From: a virus
Lineage: Duplodnaviria > Caudoviricetes
IMG/VR virus record: IMGVR_UViG_3300011862_000001
Span: 64,001-128,000 of that record
Length of the DNA stretch: 64,000 nt
Direction: 5' to 3' (one strand)
The notes under the pieces are model-generated. The model was not told the DNA's origin, ran no database searches, and saw nothing but the letters and a program-made list of their open reading frames with translations. The number at the start of each line of letters is the position of its first letter. The first letter of the stretch is position 1. The position numbers and the translations under genes were made by a program. Shown in pieces: positions 19,411 through 29,406 of the stretch.

Positions 19411-21627
19411 ATGAGTACACCGGTACAACTTGTCGGGTCGCACGCAGACCGGGAAACTACCTCACCAGAGCAATCCGGTGCCCGTGCATCAATGGTAGGT
19501 GGGCATATGAAATCGGCAGCGCCGATTGACCATCCCCAACCCACGTTGCATTTTACGGGTGCTGATGTTAACTACCACGATATTGTCTTTAATGACATCG
19601 TGGAAGATTCGGGTACCGTATGCGTTTATAACGATCGGGGTGTCCATAAACGGGCAGTGTTTACTCGTCATTCGCGAGTGGGTCACACTGTGCCTCTAGA
19701 GCATGCCATCTTTTTCCGCCGTAGCGAAACCAGCGCGGCAATGCACCATAAACCGGTTATCGATCTCATCGAGATCAACCACTATACTTCTCACGATAAC
19801 GTCTTTACTTCAGAGAAGCGCACTACCGATAAGCTGCGGGCCATTATCCGTGGTGAAACCTCGGTACTCGATAAAGACGAAATCCTCACCACCATGAACT
19901 GCCTGAAAGATGGCGAGTTCGTCGATGGGGTTAATTTGCCGACGGTGACGATATCCCACCCGGACATTATTGAGGACTCCTATACCATTTCCGAAACGGC
20001 CGCATCGTTGATGCACGCCTACGGTTTGAAAACCATCGAGCTGGTGTTACGCGAAGATGAGTTCTTGCTTGACATCTACGGGACGGATACCCCAGACGGA
20101 CGTCGCCCACAATACTTCCCAGAAGTAGGCCAGGCGATTCGTGACGATGGCTTAGTGATTGCTGCCCGCCAATATGACCCGCTGTATGCGGCGATTAATG
20201 CGAGCATCGGTGAATGTCAACACGCGTCACCGTTCTACGATCACTGCGAGTATGTGGATGCTGACCCGGCACACTACCAGAACCCACAACCGGATAACGG
20301 TTCGCGGGTGGTGGATATTCAGGTCTGGCGTAACGAAACAGAAATCCACAACGGCGTTAACAATATCCGAGCCACCGAAGAAAACAAAACGGTACTCGAC
20401 CAATATGCGTTAGGCCAAAAGCTGTACTACCGGGAAATCGTTCGTTTCTTCTTCTTGATGAAAGACGATGTGGTGTGGACACCGAAAGCCGGGGAGTTTC
20501 TGGAGAAAGCCTTTGCATCGGAAACCCATGAGGTGTACGCCGAGTTTCGTAATGAGATTCGCGAAGTGGTGGATGCCGCTGTGCGTCGTGGTGAATATAA
20601 GCGTACGGATCTGGACAGTAAAATCCTGAACCGTCTTAATTCCCCGGTTGAGCGTTCGCTGCGTGATACCATTAAAACCTACACCATTCGTTTAGTGGTG
20701 CGTTATCCGATCCCGGTGACGGTCTCTTCGAAAATCACTGACCGCTCCGGTACCAAAGGTATCGTCGGTAATGTGCTGCCCGATGAGAAAATGCCGATTA
20801 ACGAGTTTGGTCAACGGGTGCATGTATTGCGTTCCATGAACGCCGTACCGCGCCGTTCAACGTATTCGGGGCTGTTCCACATGTATTGGTCTGCCGCGTC
20901 TGAACAGTTGAAGATGCGTCTCAAGCCGATGTTGGATGAAGGCAAGGTGGATGAATGCTTTGAGATCCTGCTAGACTATCTGGCGTGCTACAATCCCGAT
21001 TGGGCGAATGTGGTTATGCAAGATAACGCCACGCCGGAGCGTAAGCGTGAACTCTTCGAGGAGATTTACGATTTCAGTATCCGCATCTGGTTACCGCATG
21101 AGCTGCCTAAGAGCTCGGTGGAACTGGTGAAGGCACTGGAGGAGAAATACAAGCCGAAGAAATCCAAGCTGCTGCTCACCAACTACGACGGCGTTCAAGA
21201 ATGGACCAAGAACGAGTTCTACGTGGGCTTTGTCGAAACCTTACGTCTGGATAAAACCGGTCGTGAGTTCTCCTCGATATCGTCGATGTACACCAACTAC
21301 TTGGGGATGATTGATGCGTCGAACCAGGGTCGCGGATCGTATCCGATTAACTACTCAGCGAAGAAGTGGGGTGGCGAAGCGGAGCACCGTCTGTGCGATG
21401 GGTACGGACTGGGTATGTTTGATGAGGTACACAACCGCTCAAACTCACCGGATGTCCACCGTCAGATTGTTGAAGGGATGTACAATTCCCCGACGCCGTC
21501 TAACCCAGGTGTGCTGGTTGACCGTGCGAAGTACCCGCTTGGGGATTCGCAGGTTGACCGAATGATTGACAATATTCATCGCTGTGAAGGCTTGATATTG
21601 GTAAGACCGGAACGGGAGGATAATTAA
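19411..21627 (+). CDS. rpoB: non-virion RNAP beta C-terminal subunit (phiKZ gp71-73-like), uninterrupted
   Basis: SGARASM, IEDS, SKITDRSGTKGIVG (RHGNKG equivalent), D.KMP, AVPRR, KKWGGEAE (QRFGEME equivalent). Confidence 0.9.
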   Translation: MSTPVQLVGSHADRETTSPEQSGARASMVGGHMKSAAPIDHPQPTLHFTGADVNYHDIVFNDIVEDSGTVCVYNDRGVHKRAVFTRHSRVGHTVPLEHAIFFRRSETSAAMHHKPVIDLIEINHYTSHDNVFTSEKRTTDKLRAIIRGETSVLDKDEILTTMNCLKDGEFVDGVNLPTVTISHPDIIEDSYTISETAASLMHAYGLKTIELVLREDEFLLDIYGTDTPDGRRPQYFPEVGQAIRDDGLVIAARQYDPLYAAINASIGECQHASPFYDHCEYVDADPAHYQNPQPDNGSRVVDIQVWRNETEIHNGVNNIRATEENKTVLDQYALGQKLYYREIVRFFFLMKDDVVWTPKAGEFLEKAFASETHEVYAEFRNEIREVVDAAVRRGEYKRTDLDSKILNRLNSPVERSLRDTIKTYTIRLVVRYPIPVTVSSKITDRSGTKGIVGNVLPDEKMPINEFGQRVHVLRSMNAVPRRSTYSGLFHMYWSAASEQLKMRLKPMLDEGKVDECFEILLDYLACYNPDWANVVMQDNATPERKRELFEEIYDFSIRIWLPHELPKSSVELVKALEEKYKPKKSKLLLTNYDGVQEWTKNEFYVGFVETLRLDKTGREFSSISSMYTNYLGMIDASNQGRGSYPINYSAKKWGGEAEHRLCDGYGLGMFDEVHNRSNSPDVHRQIVEGMYNSPTPSNPGVLVDRAKYPLGDSQVDRMIDNIHRCEGLILVRPEREDN

Positions 21628-23765
21628 TGGAAGGTCGTGCGGTTCATGTTCGCGAGTTGCGTAATCTTGACTCGAATAAAGTCTGGCGGCTTCGCGGTCG
21701 ATATGAAGTGACGTTTGATGACGGTGTGACGGTACCCATGTCTGGCCGCCACATCAAACTGAGCTGGCCTTATTGGGGCCTGTCGCGCTTCTATCCACAA
21801 ATCCCGACCCCACACACCCTGTGCTATAAGCGCGGCGGTGAATGGTCGACTGATGACCGGCATCTCGATTTGATGTCTGAGGCATCGGTACTGGCGCGTG
21901 AAGTGGGTATTCCCTTAGCGGATACCCGCTACCTGCTCAGTCAGCACATCTATGCAGATGCGTTCAACCTGACGGTGAAGAACCTGCTCTCGTATTGTAC
22001 GACGATTGACGTCGATACGTTGTTGCAGATTTACGACCACCCAAGCTATCAGATTATCAATGAGTGGATGAAACAGTATCCTACCGGGTACGACGCCGAA
22101 GGAACTGACTACGTCGATAAGGCGTATGAAATCATCGACGAAATCATTCGCTCACCGGAATTGTTTGGTAACCCGCTGGCGATGTCAGTGGTGGATCAGA
22201 CGCTGAAGCTTGATCAGGTACTGCAAGCCTTTGTGCGCGGTAAAACCTCAGAGATTGATTCGCGTGTCTATACCAACCAGGTATGGGAAGGCTTCTTTAC
22301 GGGACTGAACACGGTTATCAGTCGTTTGAAAGAAGCCGGGGCAACATCACGTTCGCACCTGTATAACACCGATAAGATTGCCGAAGCAGAATACGGTTCT
22401 CGTAAGTTGCAGCTGGCGGCTAACGTGTTGACCCATTTCACGTTAGACGATTGCGGTACCCCACACGCTCACCGCTTTACCTTCCGTGATAACAGTGATG
22501 ACCGCGCGAAGTATCAGGCGATGGTTGGCATGCGTTATCGCTTCGAAGGGGAAACGGGTCCATGGCGGGTATTCGAGAAAGATATCGGTGAACGGGATGC
22601 TGAGGGCAATGTCCTGACCCCGCAGTTCGATTCGGTGGTCGGTAAGCCGTTGTTGTTCCGTACCGCGATGTGTTGTCTGCATATGCGCAAGCAAGGTGTT
22701 TGCGCCGTGTGCATGGGCGATCTCGTTTATAACCTGTCTGAGAAAACCTCACCGGGTCACCTGGCCTCCACCTCCATCTCGGAGAAAGGTACCCAGGGGA
22801 TTCTCTCCACCAAACACCTGGACTTCTTGCGTTATCTGTTCAAGCTTGTGATCTCGGGCCGTATCGGCGCGTTCTTCACTGAGCACGAACGGGGATCGGA
22901 GAAAGGGTTACGGTTAAAAGAGAAACCGGAGTTCGGTAACTGGGACGAATACGTGTTGGTAGTAAACGACAAGCTGCACTCTGAACTGAGCCAGGTGGCC
23001 TATTATGAAAACCTGGAAGACGTGGATGAAACCAGCCTGCCGGATATTACCGATGTGACCTTTAGCCGCATTAACAAAGACGGTGACGTCATTGGCGGGG
23101 AATCACTGGACGTTCGCATGGGTGTCTGCGGGAACTTCTCCAAACAGTTCCTGGCGTTTTATGTGAAGGTACGTGATAAGGTCAAGTTCGTCCGTAAGGG
23201 TGAGATTCGTATCCCATTAGCCGGGTGGAAAACCAAACAACCGTTCCTGGTCTACACCAACCGTTCTGAATCGATGGCAGAGTTCGTAGCCGGTCTTGAG
23301 ACCAAACTGCGTTCGGTGGCTGCCGATAAGAACGAAGACCCAATTGATTTCACCACCGATGCGACGGTGAAGATGAATAAAGACGGTCGGGTGAAAACCT
23401 TGACGCTTGTCGAGATGGGGGGTTCTACCGAAGCGCAGTGTACCTATGCGCTGTTCGATACGTTCCGTTACATCAAACGTAAGCTCAAAGGGATACCGAT
23501 GACGCATGTGGGGATTATGTTAGCCATCTCCCGTGTGGAATCACCCACCAACCCGTTCCCTGCCGCTGGCTTTGACAGTGAGGAGGCAACCGGAGTAATG
23601 GGTAAACGGTTCTTGGACCACAACACCTTGATTGCGATTCGTTCTGCGGCTCCGATGTTGTTCTTCCAGGGCCAGCAAGACAATCTCAACCAACCGGGGT
23701 TCTACACGAACCGCAAGGTGCCGGCATCGTTGTATGACGGGTCATTCAAGACACGCTTGCATTAA
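21627..23765 (+). CDS. rpoC: non-virion RNAP beta' C-terminal subunit (phiKZ gp74-like)
   Basis: Bridge-helix-like AEYGSRKLQ, DDCGT, RTAMCC...GVCAVCMG zinc site, trigger loop SISEKGTQGILSTKH. Confidence 0.9.
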   Translation: MEGRAVHVRELRNLDSNKVWRLRGRYEVTFDDGVTVPMSGRHIKLSWPYWGLSRFYPQIPTPHTLCYKRGGEWSTDDRHLDLMSEASVLAREVGIPLADTRYLLSQHIYADAFNLTVKNLLSYCTTIDVDTLLQIYDHPSYQIINEWMKQYPTGYDAEGTDYVDKAYEIIDEIIRSPELFGNPLAMSVVDQTLKLDQVLQAFVRGKTSEIDSRVYTNQVWEGFFTGLNTVISRLKEAGATSRSHLYNTDKIAEAEYGSRKLQLAANVLTHFTLDDCGTPHAHRFTFRDNSDDRAKYQAMVGMRYRFEGETGPWRVFEKDIGERDAEGNVLTPQFDSVVGKPLLFRTAMCCLHMRKQGVCAVCMGDLVYNLSEKTSPGHLASTSISEKGTQGILSTKHLDFLRYLFKLVISGRIGAFFTEHERGSEKGLRLKEKPEFGNWDEYVLVVNDKLHSELSQVAYYENLEDVDETSLPDITDVTFSRINKDGDVIGGESLDVRMGVCGNFSKQFLAFYVKVRDKVKFVRKGEIRIPLAGWKTKQPFLVYTNRSESMAEFVAGLETKLRSVAADKNEDPIDFTTDATVKMNKDGRVKTLTLVEMGGSTEAQCTYALFDTFRYIKRKLKGIPMTHVGIMLAISRVESPTNPFPAAGFDSEEATGVMGKRFLDHNTLIAIRSAAPMLFFQGQQDNLNQPGFYTNRKVPASLYDGSFKTRLH

Positions 23766-23768
23766 CAC

Positions 23769-23795
23769 AGAGGGGCCAGGTGCCCCTCTTTTTTT
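23769..23795 (+). terminator. intrinsic terminator
   Basis: AGAGGGGC-CAGGT-GCCCCTCT and T tract. Confidence 0.8.
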
Positions 23796-23807
23796 GTAGA
23801 GGGGTAT

Positions 23808-26558
23808 ATGCACGAGATACACATCACGCACACCTCGATGGGGGTGCGCGTAGAGGCAACGGTTAGGCAGGTGGAGATAGCTCTCAAAACCTGGGCTGAA
23901 CGTTCCCTACACGCCCCGAAAATGGGGAAATCGGACGGCCGAATTACCATCGAGCAGGGTGATGGGTTTTATGCACACTTAGCAGGTTCCCGCACCTTTA
24001 TCTTTCATAAGGCGTTCTTAGAACCGATCCTCTCGATCATCAAGAATGTCGCAGTAGAGTACCGTCTCGACATTCAGGTTATTCACCACGATGCTACCAA
24101 GAATCGTAAGCAACCGTATGGTTGTACATTCCCCAACCACGGGTTTGAATTAAGCGTCGACGATCCTAACTCCAGGTTTTATTACCAGAACGACGTAGTA
24201 GAAGCCGCACTTGATCCACTTCGTGCACAGGTTATCTTTGCCATTCAGACAGGCAGAGGAAAAGCGGCTGCTCATGGAACACGAGTTAGAGTTCCAGGCG
24301 GCTGGAAGAAAATTGAAGAAATAAAAGTGGGAGACTACGTTACCGGCGGTGATGGCCGTCCAACGCGCGTTACTGGGGTGCATCCGCAAGGTATCGTACA
24401 GCTTTATCAGGTTACGTTTGATGATGGGCGAAGCGTTGATGTATGTGGTGAACACTTATGGCAATCGTTTTATGTCAACACGACAGAAAACCGACGTTGG
24501 GGCGTTCGTTCCACCCTAGAGATGAAGCGTCTGATCTCAATGCCGAATCCTCGCGTTTACATCCCACTGCCTGAGCCAGAAGAAACCACTGAAAAAGAAT
24601 TTTCTATCCACCCGTACGTACTTGGTGTATTAATCGGCGACGGCTGTATTAGTAGCGGTTCAGTTAAATACGCTAAAGCAGACATGGAGATTTTTGAACG
24701 CGTATCAGCCCTAGGTCCAGAGCATCATACGCTTGCTCCGACCGAGTATCGTGATATCGTCAAAGGTTTCACTAACCGTGGCCCGAGCGAGGGCCACATT
24801 AGGCGACGGTTAGAACATATGGGTTTATGGGGTTGTCGCTCATGGGAGAAATTTATTCCAGCTGAGTATTTTGAAGGGTCTATTGAACAGCGTTGGGAAC
24901 TGTTGCGTGGCTTGTTCGATACCGATGGCACTACGAACAAGGATGGCGGTCAGCCCTCCTTCACATCGACCAGCAAGGCGCTAGCTATTGGTGTGCAGGA
25001 ATTAGTACGTTCTTTAGGCGGTATTGCTTCGATGTATATCAGGCATACCCACTACACTTGGAAAGGAGAGAAGAAACGTGGGCGTGAGAGCTACACCGTT
25101 CGCGTACGCCACAAGAAACCGTCAAATTTCTTCCATCTACCAAGGAAGAAAAATTTGTGTCGCGATGAAGGTCAATACACCGATATCCTGAAGCTTCGGG
25201 TAAAGTCTATTGAGCCTACTACTCGTGACTTCGCTACTTGTATCAGTGTTGATAACGCCGACAGCCTGTACGTGGTTGATCAGTATATCGTGACACACAA
25301 CACCAAGTCACTCCAGAAGGTCATGGTAAGGATGGGGGTGCGAACGGCGCTTATCATGCGACCGACGTACAAAGACAAATGGCTGTTTGACTGCTGCGAA
25401 GACAAGACCGGTCTGCTCGTGCCCAAAGAACAGGTGTTGGTCTGCCAGGGCGTACAATCTATTTACGACGCCTATGAGATGGGTGAGAACGGGGAACTCG
25501 ATAAGCGCGATATTCGTATTGTGATTATCCCGACCACCACCCTTCAGCTGTTTCTGAAAGAGTATTGCAATACCTCTGCTTCTAACCCAGTGAACCTGGA
25601 TAACTTTTACGACGCCTTGGGCGTCGGCCTTGTAGGGTATGATGAGGTACACGAGCACTTCCTGCTGGTTTACCTCAGTGGTATCATGTTGAACCCGCCG
25701 AAGACCGTGGAGATGTCCGCCACACTCGAACCGGGTGCCAACAAGGTGTTTATCCGTGACCGCTATATGGAACGCTTCCCGCCGCCGTTCAGGCTGTCGG
25801 TGGCCCATATTCCTGTCGTGGATGTGCGTGGCTTCTATTACACCATCGAGGATAAGAAACTCGCCTGGTGGGCTAGTAAGATGACGCCGTATAACCACAA
25901 GGTGTTTGAAGGCAAACTGATGCGTGAGGGTTACCATGAATCGTACGCCCAGATGTGGTACGACATTATGGAGAAAACGTATCTCAAGAATTACCAACCC
26001 GGTCAGAACGTGGTGTTCTTGTTTGCGACCATTGACTTCTGCGAATACTTCACGCAGTTTGTGAAAGCTAAGCTCGCAGCGTCCGACCAGTTCCATGCTT
26101 TAATGGTGTCGAAGTATAACGGTGGCGATTCGTATGATGACTTCATCATGGCGGATATCGGTATCTCGACACCGAGTAAAGCGGGAACGGCAATCGATAA
26201 GCCGGGGATGATACACATGTACGTCTCCACGCCTATTGACGATCAGCAGTTAAACGAACAGATAGCTGGACGTCCGCGTCCAGTGAATCTGACGTTTGGG
26301 TGGGACATGAACCCGACTGTGTGGTTTGGCCATGCCATGAACATTGCTAAACACGGGTCGTACCTTAACTCGCGGATGAAGTCGTTAACATCGAAAGTTC
26401 TCTCATTCAAGATTGCGGCATCGCCGTACGTGATAAGGAAAGGTTATGATCACCCCCCCACTTCCTCTCGATCCAGAAGTCCCTTACGTCGGCTTGAGTT
26501 TAGCAAAGTTTCTCGAAAACGTGCTAAGGGCGTATCCGGGCGTAGAAGACGTCGCTAA
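23808..26558 (+). CDS. SF2 (DExH) helicase containing an intein (phiKZ gp75-like)
   Basis: Q motif YYQ, Walker A QTGRGK|T split by the intein, DEVH, SAT, EQIAGR. Confidence 0.92.
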   Translation: MHEIHITHTSMGVRVEATVRQVEIALKTWAERSLHAPKMGKSDGRITIEQGDGFYAHLAGSRTFIFHKAFLEPILSIIKNVAVEYRLDIQVIHHDATKNRKQPYGCTFPNHGFELSVDDPNSRFYYQNDVVEAALDPLRAQVIFAIQTGRGKAAAHGTRVRVPGGWKKIEEIKVGDYVTGGDGRPTRVTGVHPQGIVQLYQVTFDDGRSVDVCGEHLWQSFYVNTTENRRWGVRSTLEMKRLISMPNPRVYIPLPEPEETTEKEFSIHPYVLGVLIGDGCISSGSVKYAKADMEIFERVSALGPEHHTLAPTEYRDIVKGFTNRGPSEGHIRRRLEHMGLWGCRSWEKFIPAEYFEGSIEQRWELLRGLFDTDGTTNKDGGQPSFTSTSKALAIGVQELVRSLGGIASMYIRHTHYTWKGEKKRGRESYTVRVRHKKPSNFFHLPRKKNLCRDEGQYTDILKLRVKSIEPTTRDFATCISVDNADSLYVVDQYIVTHNTKSLQKVMVRMGVRTALIMRPTYKDKWLFDCCEDKTGLLVPKEQVLVCQGVQSIYDAYEMGENGELDKRDIRIVIIPTTTLQLFLKEYCNTSASNPVNLDNFYDALGVGLVGYDEVHEHFLLVYLSGIMLNPPKTVEMSATLEPGANKVFIRDRYMERFPPPFRLSVAHIPVVDVRGFYYTIEDKKLAWWASKMTPYNHKVFEGKLMREGYHESYAQMWYDIMEKTYLKNYQPGQNVVFLFATIDFCEYFTQFVKAKLAASDQFHALMVSKYNGGDSYDDFIMADIGISTPSKAGTAIDKPGMIHMYVSTPIDDQQLNEQIAGRPRPVNLTFGWDMNPTVWFGHAMNIAKHGSYLNSRMKSLTSKVLSFKIAASPYVIRKGYDHPPTSSRSRSPLRRLEFSKVSRKRAKGVSGRRRRR
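24264..25301 (+). mobile_element. class 3 intein (346 aa) with LAGLIDADG homing endonuclease
   Basis: Starts with Ala (AAAHGTRV) after GK; block B CGEHLW; LAGLIDADG blocks LGVLIGDG and LRGLFDTDG; block F ATCISV; ends VTHN before extein Thr; W-C-T triplet present. Confidence 0.92.
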
Positions 26559-26829
26559 GGTGTTGTGTCAGGACCCGAAGATTAATCGGGCCTTTCACTA
26601 CTACATGGTGACCGAGCGCTGCACCGGTTTGTTTTTGGAGCAACGCGGGTTGCGTTATTACGTGACCCGCACCTCCAGCATTCGCGGCACCGCCGCTTAT
26701 GAACTGTATACCTATACCCTGTGGACGGATAACCCCGCAGGGAATGAGGATCAGAACCCGAAAATGGCGTACGCGCTGTTCTCTGAAAAATGGCACGATT
26801 GGGTGACGGTAGCACACAACGCTGTATAA
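26446..26829 (+). CDS. hypothetical protein (127 aa), overlaps helicase 3' end
   Basis: AAGGAAAGG RBS before ATG 26446. Confidence 0.7.
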   Translation: MITPPLPLDPEVPYVGLSLAKFLENVLRAYPGVEDVAKVLCQDPKINRAFHYYMVTERCTGLFLEQRGLRYYVTRTSSIRGTAAYELYTYTLWTDNPAGNEDQNPKMAYALFSEKWHDWVTVAHNAV

Positions 26830-26882
26830 ACAGGTGTTGCCTTTAATGTGTATTGTCACTCGTTTCAATAAGGAATAATCCC

Positions 26883-27479
26883 ATGTCCCGTCGTAAAAAG
26901 CTTAACGGTTACAACCCTAAACAAGAAGCGCGCGATGCTATCATTCGCCAGATGCGTGCGATTAATAGCACTGAGCATCTCTTTATCCACGAATCCCGTC
27001 TGATGGCGGATAACCTGGATGCGGAAATGGCAAGCCTGGCGGCAATTGCTGATCCTGACCTGCGTACCTATTTGCAGGGGCGTATGGAAATCGTTAAGAA
27101 AGGCTATGCTGGCCTGTTGCAAGAGTTCTTGCAGAAGATTGCTGATGTTCGCACCCCGGCTGATAAAGTTGCCACGGCCATGATGGACCGTCTGGCTAAC
27201 GAGAAGTGGGATGCGGTGCGTGATGTCTTCACACTCACTGAAATCCAGCTCGGCGCAGCTGAAACTGAAGCAGTGGTGCTGGGTCAGTCCGCGATGGGTG
27301 CTGGGATTGATTTGTTTACCGACTACGCCTCACGTCGTGCTGCCGTTGATCGCGGTATCAAGGCCAATGCCTCCACCCAAGATATCCTGGCGCAGATGAC
27401 CGCGCTTGATAAAGAACTGGCTGAAAAACAGACGGCTGCTGAAGATGCGTCCGTCTCTGAGGAACCGAACAATGTCTGA
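26883..27479 (+). CDS. hypothetical alpha-helical protein
   Basis: TAAGGA RBS before ATG 26883; good codon bias. Confidence 0.8.
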   Translation: MSRRKKLNGYNPKQEARDAIIRQMRAINSTEHLFIHESRLMADNLDAEMASLAAIADPDLRTYLQGRMEIVKKGYAGLLQEFLQKIADVRTPADKVATAMMDRLANEKWDAVRDVFTLTEIQLGAAETEAVVLGQSAMGAGIDLFTDYASRRAAVDRGIKANASTQDILAQMTALDKELAEKQTAAEDASVSEEPNNV

Positions 27480-29406
27480 ACAACTTGACCCGCGCCCGTC
27501 TGTGGTGCGTCGTGACGAAACCCCTGCGCCGGAGACTGCATCATTCGTGATGCTTCCCGACGAACAGCTGCGCGTCCTCGATAAGGGGACCGCAGTCATG
27601 GAGCTGCTTCGTACCAACCCCACTTTTTCTTTGATCGAAGCCGGTCGTCGTTACGAAGCGTGGGCTGCTGCACAGGCACCTGCCCCACAGCCAGAACCGG
27701 TTGCTGTTAAACCGGAACCCGTTGTCGAACCCGCACCGGTGGTTCCACCTGCTCCAGCACCAACGCCGGAACCGGAACCGGTCGTGACGGCACCTGTCAC
27801 TCCTGTTGCCGCTGCTGCGGTTAACACTGCCGTGGTAGACCCTGCGACGGTTGCTGCTCAGACCTTGATTGAAGAATCGCGTGCTGATGCCGCCCCGCAA
27901 GTGGCCAGTGTCAAAGTGCGTCGTACCAACTTCGGTACCCAACCGCATCGTGAAGAAATTTCTACGCTGGCGGAAGATGACCCGCACCAGATTCTGATTC
28001 GCTCTGATGAACTGATTGGCAGTACCGTGCCGATTACCGGTGAGGAAGACGTGCGTCGTTTCTTTGCCAGTATCAAGCGTAATGGTAAAGGCCAGCCGAT
28101 GTTCGCCTCCGAAGCAGAAGCGGAACGTTACCAGACCCTGGTCACTGCACTCGAACTGACCCCGCCGAATGGTGGTAACGGTCGTCCGGCGTTTGACACT
28201 GCGCTTGAGCGTGAAGACACGGCCTGGACACAACAGCTGCGTCTGCCTGACGGTAAGTGGGTAGGCCCGGTAACGGACCGTGGTGCTGGGGCACCGGGTG
28301 CACTTGCTGCGCTGCGTCGTCGTCGTCAGTCCGGTTCTCCGGTGTCGGTGTGGTTACCGGCTACCGGTATCTACGTGGGCTTTCGTGCACCGCTTGAGCG
28401 CGAGATGTGCGACTTCGATATTCGTCTGGCTGCGGAAACGGCGCAGATTGGGATGCAGACCTATGGCCTGTTGCTCTCAAGCATGTCGGGTGTGTACCTG
28501 CGTCACATGGTGGAACATTCACTGAACTTCGCTGTGGAAACCACCTTTGACTGTCAGGGTAATGACATCAAAACCGCACTGATTGACATTGTCGATCTCG
28601 ACGATTACTGGTTGCTGCTGCTCGGCCCAATCATCGCCAAGTTCCCAAGCGGGATTCCGTGGAAGCTGATTTGTCCGAAAGACTGTGGGCATGAGCGTGA
28701 TGTACGTTTGAACCTGGCTCGCTGTATCCGTATGGCAGACGGCCTGTTCACTGACCTGCATCGCTCTTTGCTGGCGCGTCAACGCGGTACCACCAACCGC
28801 ATTATCAGCCCGGAAGATTACCTGGCGTACCGTAACGACCTGCCGCACAACCCGGCTGCGGTGTTTGCCCGTCCTGACCTCGGTATCACCATTAACTTTG
28901 GTCGCTCGACCATCGGTGATTACCTGGACAGCACCGACCGTTGGTTAGAAGAAATCAACCGCTCTGCAACCGAAGCCCTGTCGTCTAACGCCAGTGACTA
29001 CGAGCGCAGCCAACACATTCGCTTAACGGCGGAGATTCGTCGTCTGACGCGTCACGCCCACCACATCAAATCCATTACCGTGGAAGAAGAAGTGAAAGGC
29101 GAAGTGGTGGAAGTCGTGGAAACCGACCCGGCCAAGATTGTCGAGATTCTCGAAGAGCTGTCGTCTGACCGTCCGTATGTGTTAGCGTTTGAAGATGCGC
29201 TGGCAAAATACAACGACCTGTCACGCTTAGCAGTCCTCGGCTATATGGGTCACCCGTGTCCACACTGTAAGACACCTGAAGGCGAAGAAGACGGACCGTT
29301 CCGTGGTATTGTTACCATTTCACCGGACCGGGTTTTTTTCGTGCTATCTCGTGTGGTGTCCGAGATACAGAAAGTCTATTTACAACAATTCGCAAATATT
29401 GGCTAG
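27472..29406 (+). CDS. conserved protein with Pro/Ala-rich linker and two CxxC-type motifs; candidate tail/baseplate-hub assembly chaperone (G form)
   Basis: GAGGA RBS; CPKDC and CPHC motifs; slippery TTTTTTC near the 3' end. Confidence 0.7.
   Translation: MSEQLDPRPSVVRRDETPAPETASFVMLPDEQLRVLDKGTAVMELLRTNPTFSLIEAGRRYEAWAAAQAPAPQPEPVAVKPEPVVEPAPVVPPAPAPTPEPEPVVTAPVTPVAAAAVNTAVVDPATVAAQTLIEESRADAAPQVASVKVRRTNFGTQPHREEISTLAEDDPHQILIRSDELIGSTVPITGEEDVRRFFASIKRNGKGQPMFASEAEAERYQTLVTALELTPPNGGNGRPAFDTALEREDTAWTQQLRLPDGKWVGPVTDRGAGAPGALAALRRRRQSGSPVSVWLPATGIYVGFRAPLEREMCDFDIRLAAETAQIGMQTYGLLLSSMSGVYLRHMVEHSLNFAVETTFDCQGNDIKTALIDIVDLDDYWLLLLGPIIAKFPSGIPWKLICPKDCGHERDVRLNLARCIRMADGLFTDLHRSLLARQRGTTNRIISPEDYLAYRNDLPHNPAAVFARPDLGITINFGRSTIGDYLDSTDRWLEEINRSATEALSSNASDYERSQHIRLTAEIRRLTRHAHHIKSITVEEEVKGEVVEVVETDPAKIVEILEELSSDRPYVLAFEDALAKYNDLSRLAVLGYMGHPCPHCKTPEGEEDGPFRGIVTISPDRVFFVLSRVVSEIQKVYLQQFANIG
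29334..29367 (+). promoter_or_regulatory. putative programmed -1 ribosomal frameshift signal
   Basis: In-frame heptamer T TTT TTC (29334-29340), then 4 nt, then hairpin TATCTCG-N9-CGAGATA. Confidence 0.7.

Noticed and set aside
19411-21627. Intron in the nvRNAP beta C gene, as in phiKZ gp71-73
   Set aside because: The ORF is continuous here, with no endonuclease or intron core.
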